Virus record (IMG/VR): IMGVR_UViG_3300033074_001459
Location: 207 to 64,206 of that record
From: a virus
Taxonomy: Duplodnaviria; Caudoviricetes
Length of the DNA: 64,000 nucleotides
Direction: 5' to 3' (one strand)
Each line of letters begins with the position of its first letter. Positions within the stretch are counted from its first letter, which is position 1. Under the pieces are notes generated by a model. The model worked only from the letters and a program-made list of their open reading frames with translations, had not been told where the DNA came from and did no database searches. A program made the translations under genes and the position numbers. Positions 54,460-63,259 of this stretch are shown in pieces.

Positions 54460-55219
54460 CAGCCCGGAACCCGGGTCGTCGCAAGCCGGGGAAGAAGTAG
54501 CTAAGCTGCAAAAGCAACTGGAGGAGGTGAACAGCAAGTTTGAAGCACAACGCAACTTGCTGCTTCAGTCTACCAACAATCATTCGCAGGAAATCAGTTT
54601 GCTGAGGAAACAACTCAGTGAAGCGGTTTCTCGCAATACGGGTAGACCGGAGCCCGCAGCCCCATCTGGTAATTCAGACAACTGGATGGAGTTTTTAGGC
54701 GTGAATCCTCAACAGTCGCAACCGCAGCAGCAACCTCAACAGCCTCTTACTGCCGAAGAAGTTCGCAGAATTTACCAGGAAGAGGAGGCCCGCAAGCAGC
54801 AAGCGCACGCCCAGGAGCACCAGAAAGTGGAGCAACTGAATGCTCGGTTTGCTGTAGAGCACCCCGAACTGGCCAAAGACCCGAATGCGGTTACCCTGAT
54901 TCGAAACCAGTTTCTGGCCCTGTCTCAGGTACGTCCCGACTTGACCGCCGAGCAGCGATACCAATTCGCTATCGACAACGTAGTCAAGGACGTATTACCT
55001 AACCTGAAGATCCAGCAGCCTGTTAAGGAACAGCCCAAACCCAAAGCCACCAACAACCCCTATATGCCCAACATCTTCGCAGCCCCTCCAGGCCGTGGAA
55101 ACGTCCAGGAAATTATGGGTATGGTGGATACCCGGAGCGAGAACGAAAAGTTCGCTGACCGGGAAAAGCAAATGCGTGAATGGCAGAAGTCGCGTAATAC
55201 TTCGCTGTTCGGCATTTGA
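54425..55219 (+). CDS. Capsid scaffolding protein
   Basis: Coiled-coil, Gln/Pro-rich protein directly before the MCP; GAAAGGA RBS before ATG 54425. Confidence 0.7.
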   Translation: MAFAPGPFGSSSSPEPGSSQAGEEVAKLQKQLEEVNSKFEAQRNLLLQSTNNHSQEISLLRKQLSEAVSRNTGRPEPAAPSGNSDNWMEFLGVNPQQSQPQQQPQQPLTAEEVRRIYQEEEARKQQAHAQEHQKVEQLNARFAVEHPELAKDPNAVTLIRNQFLALSQVRPDLTAEQRYQFAIDNVVKDVLPNLKIQQPVKEQPKPKATNNPYMPNIFAAPPGRGNVQEIMGMVDTRSENEKFADREKQMREWQKSRNTSLFGI

Positions 55220-55245
55220 CTTAAGTCATTCGTACTGGATATAGT
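55216..55245 (+). promoter_or_regulatory. Sigma70-like promoter for the capsid gene with overlapping palindromes
   Basis: TTGACT-N18-TATAGT; TGACTTAAGTCA palindrome at 55217-55228; TTCGTACT/AGTACGAA at 55229-55250. Confidence 0.55.
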
Positions 55246-55362
55246 ACGAATATACTCCTCGCTAAGTATTACGGAACGGACCCCGCTGGCTTTATGACCA
55301 GCCCCAGGAGAGTAACGCGAGGTCAAAGTCAACTTTGATATTACTCTCTTTTGGAGGTCGCA

Positions 55363-56322
55363 ATGATTCGCAAAACGAATGTAGCGCCAACCACTGCTCA
55401 GGTAGGAGGTTGGTATACACTCAAGCTGAGCGACACTGTGCGTGTAGCAGCTCAGCCCAATATGGTGTTCTCACAACTGTGCCGCCCGGAACCTCGCTTC
55501 GGGCCCCACATGGGCGACACCCTTCAGTTCAACAAAATCGGTGACATGAACAACACCGGTGTGGAAATGACCGAGGATGGAGACGTCCCCGAAGGGGAAT
55601 ACACCCAGACTTACGGCACCTGCACCGTGAAAGAGTACCGAAACAGCATTCGCCTCAGTCACTGGGCCAGCATCTTCAGCGAATTGTCGGTGGTGGATGC
55701 CGCCATCATCTCGTTGACCAATGAGGCCCGCAAGACTCTGGACAAGATTGCTGCGGCTCCCTTCCTGACCTGCGACTTGGTGTACACCCCTACCGGTACC
55801 GCCAGTGCCAAAACCTACACCTTGTCCACCACCGGAACTGCTGGTGCTACGGCCACCCGCGAGTTCTCCTACTGGGATCACCAGAACATCATCGACTTGA
55901 TGCGCGGCACGTATCGTATGCCTGGGTTTATGGGCGACGATTACCTGTGCGTAGGTACCACCAAGTTCCTGCGCAACCTGCGTACCGACACCGACCTGAA
56001 CACCATTCGCCGCTACGTGGACAGCTCCAACAAAGCCATCCTGGCCGGTGAAGTCGGTGACGTGGAGGGGACCCGGTTCGTCCGCGAAACCAATGCAATG
56101 AACAACTCCATCGGTTCCGGTGGAGTTACCGGTCAGGCGGTGTACATCGCTGGCGACCCGGTCGTGATGCTGGAGGTTTACCCGTTCGAGATTCAGGCCG
56201 CAGTGGCTGATATGTACGGGCGATTCCGCACCCTGTCTTGGGTGTGGTTCGGCGGTTACGCACGCACCTGGAGTTGGCCCACCGATTCTCAGGCCCGCCT
56301 TATCCGCGTGGATTCGCTGTAA
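55363..56322 (+). CDS. Major capsid protein (N4-gp56-like)
   Basis: VFSQLC...GDTLQFNKIGD, VKEYRNSI, GEVGDVEGTRFVRE motifs; GGAGG RBS before ATG 55363. Confidence 0.85.
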   Translation: MIRKTNVAPTTAQVGGWYTLKLSDTVRVAAQPNMVFSQLCRPEPRFGPHMGDTLQFNKIGDMNNTGVEMTEDGDVPEGEYTQTYGTCTVKEYRNSIRLSHWASIFSELSVVDAAIISLTNEARKTLDKIAAAPFLTCDLVYTPTGTASAKTYTLSTTGTAGATATREFSYWDHQNIIDLMRGTYRMPGFMGDDYLCVGTTKFLRNLRTDTDLNTIRRYVDSSNKAILAGEVGDVEGTRFVRETNAMNNSIGSGGVTGQAVYIAGDPVVMLEVYPFEIQAAVADMYGRFRTLSWVWFGGYARTWSWPTDSQARLIRVDSL

Positions 56323-56346
56323 TAGCAGGAAGGAGGAGCAACAACA

Positions 56347-56826
56347 ATGGAAGGATTAAATCCCCTAGGCGGTAGATTCCAAACTCTGCACTCGTTCTGC
56401 ATTCAGAGCGCGACTGTGGATATGAAGGGGTCCACCGGAGATCAACTGACCTTCGTCGTACTCCACGATAAGATCGAGCTGATGTTGTTCGGATTCGAGG
56501 TTATGGCCGCCGGTGGCGCTATGACCGTGGCCGGACAACTACGCCTTGACAAGATTCCGTTGAACAACGGTACCCGAGTCAATGGCGTAAACGCCAACGC
56601 GACTGTTACCTGGGCGGGAGCCACTGCAAGCATCTACAGCAAGGTCACCAGTGACCTGAACCTGTATGCCACCGCTGTATCCCCCTCTCCAGTGGCCGGG
56701 CCCGAATCCCGACCCACCGCAGTACGTGGTGACGTGCTTATCGTCAACCTCATCACTCAGGGCACGGGTGCAGGTGCTCAAACGGCTCGTCCGTTTATCC
56801 TGTACCGCGAACGTCCGTTGACCTAA
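56347..56826 (+). CDS. Capsid decoration/minor head protein candidate
   Basis: Beta-rich protein directly after the MCP; AGGAGG RBS. Confidence 0.5.
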   Translation: MEGLNPLGGRFQTLHSFCIQSATVDMKGSTGDQLTFVVLHDKIELMLFGFEVMAAGGAMTVAGQLRLDKIPLNNGTRVNGVNANATVTWAGATASIYSKVTSDLNLYATAVSPSPVAGPESRPTAVRGDVLIVNLITQGTGAGAQTARPFILYRERPLT

Positions 56827-56834
56827 AGGAGCCT

Positions 56835-57437
56835 ATGCAAGCAGCAGTCCTAGTTGCACCCAAGTCCTTCAATCCGCGCGGTAATTACGTGATGTACGCG
56901 GGAGAGTACCGGGCCTCCGTCTTTGTCCAGGATGGGCATATGTTCGGCGAGAACGGGGACGACCTGGTATATACGTACAATACCGACCCGGACAAGGCGC
57001 GGCACCGTAACGTGCTTTATTGGATGAATTACAATGGGTACGCGATAAATGCCGAACTCCGCTCTGAGGTGCTCAAGATGCGGCGCAAAGCCGAGCTTGA
57101 GCAACGCATTGCGGAGGAAATGGAGCGACTGGATCAGGCTCACAAGAGGGAGCTGGAGGAATTGGAGAAGGAGCTGCAGGAGGCCCGGCGACGGGACCGC
57201 CAACGCAACCTCGGACCCATTCCTCCAAACCCCTCAGATCGGGTCATCCCGGAATTGGAGCTGTCGGAAACCGAGGAGCAGATTCTGTCTTCTCTGGGGC
57301 AGGATTACGCTATGCCTCCCCTTTCCGACGACGAGGATTTCCAGGACCCCGACTACGAAGCGGCGACCGCTCACGAGCTGCCGCCGTCTGCGCCTGCTCC
57401 GGCTACAGTGCGCCGAGGTAAAGCCGTTCGGCGCTAA
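56835..57437 (+). CDS. Hypothetical head-associated protein
   Basis: AAGGAG RBS; coiled coil plus acidic tail. Confidence 0.55.
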   Translation: MQAAVLVAPKSFNPRGNYVMYAGEYRASVFVQDGHMFGENGDDLVYTYNTDPDKARHRNVLYWMNYNGYAINAELRSEVLKMRRKAELEQRIAEEMERLDQAHKRELEELEKELQEARRRDRQRNLGPIPPNPSDRVIPELELSETEEQILSSLGQDYAMPPLSDDEDFQDPDYEAATAHELPPSAPAPATVRRGKAVRR

Positions 57438-57445
57438 GGAGGGGT

Positions 57446-58390
57446 ATGTCGTTAGAACCAAACACTCTGGCTGAAATCAAGGCACAGATTCAAAGCAGGT
57501 TCCCCAGATGGAGCACCGACTTTGAAGCTCTGCTCGACACCAATATGGAGTCCTGGCTCTACGAGCTTAGTGATTACCCGTATTGGTTCCTGACGATTCA
57601 GCCCGGGGATTTGCTCTCGACAACCTCCGCCCCCATTAACCTGGCCGGTCTTCCTAACCGAGGACCGGCCGGGTCGCAATGGGTGGATTCCGGGTTCCTG
57701 CGTACGGTGGCCGGGCAAGCTGCTTACGATTTCTACCACCCCCTGGATATGGAAGCGTTTCAAGCGGCCCCAGCCACTGCAGCCTGGTTTCAGCCGTGCA
57801 AGATTCAGCTCGTGGACTACGTTCAGGAATTCGACAGCAACAAGAACTTCGTGCAGTTCTTGCAGGTAGCCGATATGGTGGACGCGCTGGGGTACAACCC
57901 CTACCGCCAATCTAACCGGCCCGTTCAGTGTGTCTGGCGAAAGACCGAGACTAAGAGCACTCTTATCTTTCAGCCCACCCCCGACAAGGCGTACCTGTAC
58001 GCTGTGCAATTTGTACTATCCAACCCGCCTCTATACTCCAATGGCGGTCAGACGTACAACCGGTGGTTCACGTTCTGCCCCGAGGCGGTGGTGCTGTACG
58101 GTTTGATGAAAGCCGCCGAGTTTTTTATGGAGACAGCTCTCCAAGAGAAGTATGAGCAAGAGTTGTACGGATCCCCTCCCAAGGGAGCCAATCTGAAAGC
58201 AGTCCCCAAACTAGGGGTGCTAGGCAGGCTAAAGAAAGAAACTGCCCGCCAAAAAGAGAAGATGTACAAGAAGCTGCGGTGGTGGGAATCCCAGGCCCAG
58301 GCCACAGGTCAAAACGGGTTGCGCTACCCCGGCCCCCAAAGCAGGCTCCGGTTCGTCTTGCCTCAGTACAGGACCGGCCTTAACTGGTGA
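57446..58390 (+). CDS. Head-tail adaptor / tail tubular protein A-like
   Basis: LIFQPTPDKAY and PEAVVLYG..KAAEF motifs; position. Confidence 0.55.
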   Translation: MSLEPNTLAEIKAQIQSRFPRWSTDFEALLDTNMESWLYELSDYPYWFLTIQPGDLLSTTSAPINLAGLPNRGPAGSQWVDSGFLRTVAGQAAYDFYHPLDMEAFQAAPATAAWFQPCKIQLVDYVQEFDSNKNFVQFLQVADMVDALGYNPYRQSNRPVQCVWRKTETKSTLIFQPTPDKAYLYAVQFVLSNPPLYSNGGQTYNRWFTFCPEAVVLYGLMKAAEFFMETALQEKYEQELYGSPPKGANLKAVPKLGVLGRLKKETARQKEKMYKKLRWWESQAQATGQNGLRYPGPQSRLRFVLPQYRTGLNW

Positions 58391-59940
58391 ACCCGACCAG
58401 CCAGTTAAAGTCCCTCCCTATTTCCGATGTAGGGTTGGGGCTATACACTGACGTAAACCCTCTGCAAATCCCGTTAGGAGGTTGCGAGAGTTGTTCGAAC
58501 ATGGTTTGGGTAAATGGCTATCTGCGAGCGCGGCCTGGCGTAGCTACCGCTTTCACTCCGGCACCGAACGCCAACTCCGTAACTCACTTGAACTTCTACT
58601 CGGACCTGAGTGGGAATGTGCAACTTATGAGATTGTCCCTGAGCGGGACCACACTTTCTTTGCACAGACACAACGGGAGCTGGAATCTTGTATCCGGCGC
58701 AATCTCCGGCGGTTCCTCCGCTATCCAACCAACTTCTTGTAACTTCAAGGGTTCGTTCTGGTTCACCACCGGTGATGGGGAGCTGATGCACTATGACGGT
58801 ACCACCTTGAGTTCCGTCGATTCCCTTCAGTCCGACGCCATCCTTAAGGTGTTCGACAAGCCTCGTATCGTAGTGGCGGGGGATTCTCGACTGTTCATCG
58901 CCGATTGCCACGACGCTTCAGACGGCACCGGTACCCGGGTCCCTTATCGAATTGCCTGGTCTGACTTCCTGGACGGTACGGTTTGGAAGGGCGGAGTAGG
59001 CGCAGGCTCCAGCGGTTTTGTGGATTTGCCTAAGAACAATGAGCCCATTACCGGTTTGTATTACTCGAACTCTGGAATCTTGGTGTTCAAACCCAATCGC
59101 ATTTACCTGGGGTATGCAGCGGGCCCTCCGAAAAACTACGACTTCCGCGAGGTTGTGTCTGGTATAGGCTGCGTATCTCACGCCACCATCAAGCAGTACC
59201 GAGAAGGAATCATCCTGTGGCTGGGTGACGACAACATCTACGCAGGGGGCATCAACCGGCAACCGCAGGCCATCGGCGACCGCATTCGTCCTAGACTCCG
59301 GGAAGCTCTATTGCTATCCTCCATCGACAAAGCCAGGGCTGTTATCGACCGGCAGAATCATCTGTACCATCTCTTTTTGCCTGACGGGTCGGCCGACCAC
59401 AGCGGCGAGAACCTCCGAATCTTTACCGTGAACCTGAAGAACGGGAGCTGGTGGGAAGGTTCGTTCTCTGCTGAGGGGCTGAACATCACGGATGGGTTGG
59501 AGTACCGAGATGCCCCTTGGAGCAACCGGTTGCTATTGGCCACCATCGACGGCCGAATCCTGGAGTATTCCTTCAGCAATACGTCGGATGCGGGCGTACC
59601 ATTCAGTGCATCCTGGGTGAGTGGTACGATGTCGGTGAAATCGTTCGTAAACTCCATCGACCAGGCATCTTTACAGATGCTGCGGATAGTCAGCCCCAAC
59701 GAAGCTGCGGCCAAAGCAATGACGTTGCAAGCATTCATAGGGCAAGGACTGGACCGATTTGTCTCTAGCACCTTCGGGGTTCAGACCATAGACGGTGCAA
59801 GCAATATCTATACCAGTGCCCGCCCCAAAGCAGGCGAAACTATGAAGATTTCTCTGGCTACTGCTGATAGCTCCTCGATGCCCAAAATAGCCTCTATGAG
59901 TCTCGGAGTTATTCCGGTGACTCTGAATGTGAAGAGATAA
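58387..59940 (+). CDS. Tail nozzle / tubular protein B-like (beta-propeller)
   Basis: RIAWSD, IGCVSHATI, IGDRIR motifs typical of P22 gp10/T7 gp12-like proteins. Confidence 0.65.
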   Translation: MNPTSQLKSLPISDVGLGLYTDVNPLQIPLGGCESCSNMVWVNGYLRARPGVATAFTPAPNANSVTHLNFYSDLSGNVQLMRLSLSGTTLSLHRHNGSWNLVSGAISGGSSAIQPTSCNFKGSFWFTTGDGELMHYDGTTLSSVDSLQSDAILKVFDKPRIVVAGDSRLFIADCHDASDGTGTRVPYRIAWSDFLDGTVWKGGVGAGSSGFVDLPKNNEPITGLYYSNSGILVFKPNRIYLGYAAGPPKNYDFREVVSGIGCVSHATIKQYREGIILWLGDDNIYAGGINRQPQAIGDRIRPRLREALLLSSIDKARAVIDRQNHLYHLFLPDGSADHSGENLRIFTVNLKNGSWWEGSFSAEGLNITDGLEYRDAPWSNRLLLATIDGRILEYSFSNTSDAGVPFSASWVSGTMSVKSFVNSIDQASLQMLRIVSPNEAAAKAMTLQAFIGQGLDRFVSSTFGVQTIDGASNIYTSARPKAGETMKISLATADSSSMPKIASMSLGVIPVTLNVKR

Positions 59941-60377
59941 TGGATTCGCTTACATCTCTGGCCAACAAGGAAGTCAATTATCAGGCACAGGTCTGGAACC
60001 TGGAGTCGCGCCAGCCTAGCCCTATTGTGATGTACGCCGGCGTGGTGAACGACATTACCACCGACTGGGTTTTGCTGTACCACGTCCCTGAAGGTACCTT
60101 CATCGAGCTGCAGGAGATTCGACTATTCAATGGGGACATAGCCTCTCACGACTTTAGATTGGCTATCGTCAGCCCTGACCAGACTGCCCCCACAGGCAAC
60201 AGTGCCAACCAGCTCGGCATATACTACGAGGCCACAGTGGCCAGCACGAAGTCAGCCAAAGAGGACGCCAAGCTGGGGCTATGGCCGAACTGGTCTATAT
60301 ACGGCTGGTCTGATGCCGCAGCCGGAGAGTACTTCAACGCCCTTCTCAGTGGGCTGGTTGTGAGTTACCTGTCGTGA
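59940..60377 (+). CDS. Small beta-rich virion protein
   Basis: TAATG overlap; LYHVPEGT...IRLFNGD pattern. Confidence 0.55.
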   Translation: MDSLTSLANKEVNYQAQVWNLESRQPSPIVMYAGVVNDITTDWVLLYHVPEGTFIELQEIRLFNGDIASHDFRLAIVSPDQTAPTGNSANQLGIYYEATVASTKSAKEDAKLGLWPNWSIYGWSDAAAGEYFNALLSGLVVSYLS

Positions 60378-60850
60378 TTGCCAGGCAAGCTCAAATAGAA
60401 GACTGGAACGGGCTGAAAGCCTGTTGGCACTCGCTGAAGGATTCTCGCCACGCCTGGAAGATTCACGGTGACGAGGCGGTTCTTCGGTCCTACTTCTCTC
60501 TGTCGCTGGTTCACCCGGTGTTCGGCGTGCTGGTGCTAGTGGATGATAGCACCGGTGAAGTACACGGATTTGCAGTGCTCCAGGAATGCGTGAATTCGTC
60601 TATGGATACTTCCGGTCAGGGTATGGTGAATGAGCCTCATTCATTCATTCGCGCTCTGTACGTAAAATCAGGGACTGCCCCTGAGCATTCTGCTATGCTA
60701 GAATCCGAGATGAAGAATTGGGCCATCCGTAGGAACCACCTGTACCTGTGCGGAAACTGCCGAGCAGACTTCCCAGATCGCTTCGCAAAATTGTACGGGT
60801 ATGAAGTATCCCACGTGGTGGTAAAGAAGTCCCTGAAGGAGGTGAGGTAA
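60374..60850 (+). CDS. GNAT-fold acetyltransferase-like protein
   Basis: ARQAQIED, GEVHGF, FIRALYV, LYGYE patterns; T7 gp13-like position. Confidence 0.6.
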   Translation: MIARQAQIEDWNGLKACWHSLKDSRHAWKIHGDEAVLRSYFSLSLVHPVFGVLVLVDDSTGEVHGFAVLQECVNSSMDTSGQGMVNEPHSFIRALYVKSGTAPEHSAMLESEMKNWAIRRNHLYLCGNCRADFPDRFAKLYGYEVSHVVVKKSLKEVR

Positions 60851-60851
60851 G

Positions 60852-61832
60852 ATGGGATTTGGCGGCGGTGGTGGCGGCGGAGAGATTACCCAGTACAATC
60901 CGCAACCCAATGATCCTCACCCTGAACTGACTGGGCGGCTGGTTAACTCCTCTATCGACTCCTTGCGGGTGTTCCGCCCCTTCGGTGTTCACGGGGCAGG
61001 GTACCAGATGGCCAACCTTAGCCCTATGGGACAAATCTACACCCCTGGGCCTAACCAGTCACTGTACGGGAACCCGTACACGACGACCGGACACCAACCA
61101 TACTTCGGCGCATCCCCTCAGTATCCGACTCAAATCGGTATGGGCGGAGGCTCTGGTGGAGGTGCAGGCGCAGGCGGTGCAAGCAACAACACAGGATCTG
61201 GAGACAAACTCAGTGGATATGTACCACCAGCTACAGGGGCACTTCCGGCCGGAAGGGCTTACACCCAAGGAGGGGACCTTCTGGGTATGCTCAACGCCGC
61301 GCTGGCTACTCAGATTATCAATCCAAATCCTGGCGGGAATCCTGGATCTGGTGCTGGCCCTGGTGGTGGTGCTGGCTATCCCGGTTTGCCTCCTTGGGCT
61401 AATCCTCCGCAGCCTGATCCACAAGTAGGGGCTACCACCCCACCTCCTGCGGCAGCCTCGCCACCGGCATCTCCCAGTGTGTTCGAGGCTCCAACCCCTC
61501 CGGCGTATGACCCGGCAGTAGGTGGTCTAGGTATGGCTGACCCCTGGGCTGGTACTACCAACGCGCAGGGCGTAGCCGGAGGTACCAACTGGAATCCTGA
61601 CGGCACCTACAACGCGCAGGGGGCCTACTCGCCTATTGCCACCTGGGTGGACGCGAATGGGCAGCCGGTGGCCAATAATCCACAGGCGGTGCAAGCATAT
61701 ACCGCTCAAGACCCTTGGGTGTATACCCCGGGCGGCCCTATGCCTGAACCTCCTCAGAACAACCCGTATGCCCCTCCTGGCGGGTATGCAGGACAGACTC
61801 AGCAACAGCCTCAGCAAGGGGGTGCTAAGTAA
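60852..61832 (+). CDS. Gly/Pro-rich putative ejection protein
   Basis: MGFGGGGGG start; low complexity; AGGAGG RBS. Confidence 0.55.
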   Translation: MGFGGGGGGGEITQYNPQPNDPHPELTGRLVNSSIDSLRVFRPFGVHGAGYQMANLSPMGQIYTPGPNQSLYGNPYTTTGHQPYFGASPQYPTQIGMGGGSGGGAGAGGASNNTGSGDKLSGYVPPATGALPAGRAYTQGGDLLGMLNAALATQIINPNPGGNPGSGAGPGGGAGYPGLPPWANPPQPDPQVGATTPPPAAASPPASPSVFEAPTPPAYDPAVGGLGMADPWAGTTNAQGVAGGTNWNPDGTYNAQGAYSPIATWVDANGQPVANNPQAVQAYTAQDPWVYTPGGPMPEPPQNNPYAPPGGYAGQTQQQPQQGGAK

Positions 61833-62611
61833 TGGGAATGCAACAGGGAGGCAGTCAGCCCCAACAACCACAGCAGGGACAGCAGCAACAGCAGCCTCCG
61901 GCTCAGGGGGTTACTCCTACTGGAGCGCCTTTCGCCAACGTAGGCAGCGGGAACAATTTCGGTTTTGGTACGAGTCCGGCAGTCAATCAGGTAGGTGAGC
62001 AGGTACCCGACGCACCTCCGGGGGCTACCCTGCCAGGCCCTATCCCAGGGGCTCCGCAAGCTACCCGGAATGCCTTTATGCCTGCCGTGTTCACGGCACC
62101 GTATTACAATGCAGCAGCTACCGCCGGGAATTTGGGTACGATGCAGACTGCCGGTGTAGCGCCTTATGCTGCCAACTTTATGCAGCAGCAATTCTCGCCG
62201 ACTCTGAACCCTATGGAGCAGAGCTTTATGCAGGCAGGTTTGTCCAATGCCTCCAGAGCCCTGGAGCAGGGGATGCTGCGGCAGGAGTCTCAATTCGAGG
62301 ATACCCCGTTTCACTCTGCTCTCCCCCGGGCGCAGGGTGACGTTATGAGTCAGGTGGCTGATTCTCTGATTGGTCAGGGCTCTCAGTTGGGATTGCAGAG
62401 GATGCAGATGGCAAACCAGCTGGCACCCTTCCCGTTTAACTACGGGTTGCAAGCAGCGCAGGTTGGGCCTAATATGTCGGAGAGGTATTTCAATCTGCTG
62501 AACAACGCATACCAGCAGTACACCACGTTGCCCCTGGCTACGTATTCTCAGATTCCGATACCCAGTCCGGTAGTACAAACGAACTCAGGCGGCGGAGGGA
62601 GTAAGCTATAA
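61832..62611 (+). CDS. Gln-rich putative ejection protein
   Basis: TAATG overlap; ends GGGGSKL as is typical of pilot/ejection proteins. Confidence 0.55.
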   Translation: MGMQQGGSQPQQPQQGQQQQQPPAQGVTPTGAPFANVGSGNNFGFGTSPAVNQVGEQVPDAPPGATLPGPIPGAPQATRNAFMPAVFTAPYYNAAATAGNLGTMQTAGVAPYAANFMQQQFSPTLNPMEQSFMQAGLSNASRALEQGMLRQESQFEDTPFHSALPRAQGDVMSQVADSLIGQGSQLGLQRMQMANQLAPFPFNYGLQAAQVGPNMSERYFNLLNNAYQQYTTLPLATYSQIPIPSPVVQTNSGGGGSKL

Positions 62612-63120
62612 TGGCCAGACAGCAGGAAGCTACCGTAGTACAGGGCGGTGGGGGCAACAAAGGCGGAGGCATTTTAGGCAAAGCCCTGAAGGCGTTTCTG
62701 CCTATGGCCGCAGGTGCCGTGGGCGGGCCCTACGCAGGAGCTGCCGCCAAAGCTGCTACCGGGTTTCTGACCGGTGACCCTTCTCAGATGGCCGAAGGCG
62801 GGGCCGACGTCGTCAAGCAGATGGGCGGAGAAGAGACTCCCGAGGAAGCCAAGAAGGGCGATAACGAAGAACCGGTGATGGAGGATGGGGAGATTCTCGG
62901 GACAACTGCGGCTCAGCCGCCTGCCCCACAAGCCCCCGCTCAGCCGGAGCTTCCCTACACCCCTGAGCAGTTGCAAGAGCAGGAGTTGGCATTCCGGTTC
63001 ATCGACCAGAACCTGCCAAACCTGCCGGTATTCTTGTCCCAGAACCCTGAGATGTTCCCGGCATTTCGCGGGTTCCTGGACCAGGCAGAGACTCGATACA
63101 GAGGAGGACCCCAACAGTGA
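62611..63120 (+). CDS. Putative ejection protein
   Basis: GGILG...AAGAVGGPYAGAAA glycine-zipper segment. Confidence 0.55.
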   Translation: MARQQEATVVQGGGGNKGGGILGKALKAFLPMAAGAVGGPYAGAAAKAATGFLTGDPSQMAEGGADVVKQMGGEETPEEAKKGDNEEPVMEDGEILGTTAAQPPAPQAPAQPELPYTPEQLQEQELAFRFIDQNLPNLPVFLSQNPEMFPAFRGFLDQAETRYRGGPQQ

Positions 63121-63128
63121 AGAAGCCT

Positions 63129-63227
63129 ATGAGTGACAGCAAGGTGAACGCCAAGCACGCCAGCTTAGGTACCATCAAGACCAACAAGCTGGCCGGTATG
63201 CCCCTGCCCAAGAAGAAGGGTAAGTAA
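63129..63227 (+). CDS. 32-aa basic micro-protein (MSDSKVNAKHASLG…PKKKGK)
   Basis: Short ORF between two virion genes; not in the ORF track. Confidence 0.4.
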   Translation: MSDSKVNAKHASLGTIKTNKLAGMPLPKKKGK

Positions 63228-63259
63228 TACGGCCACAAGGAAGAGGAGGTGCAAGCAAC

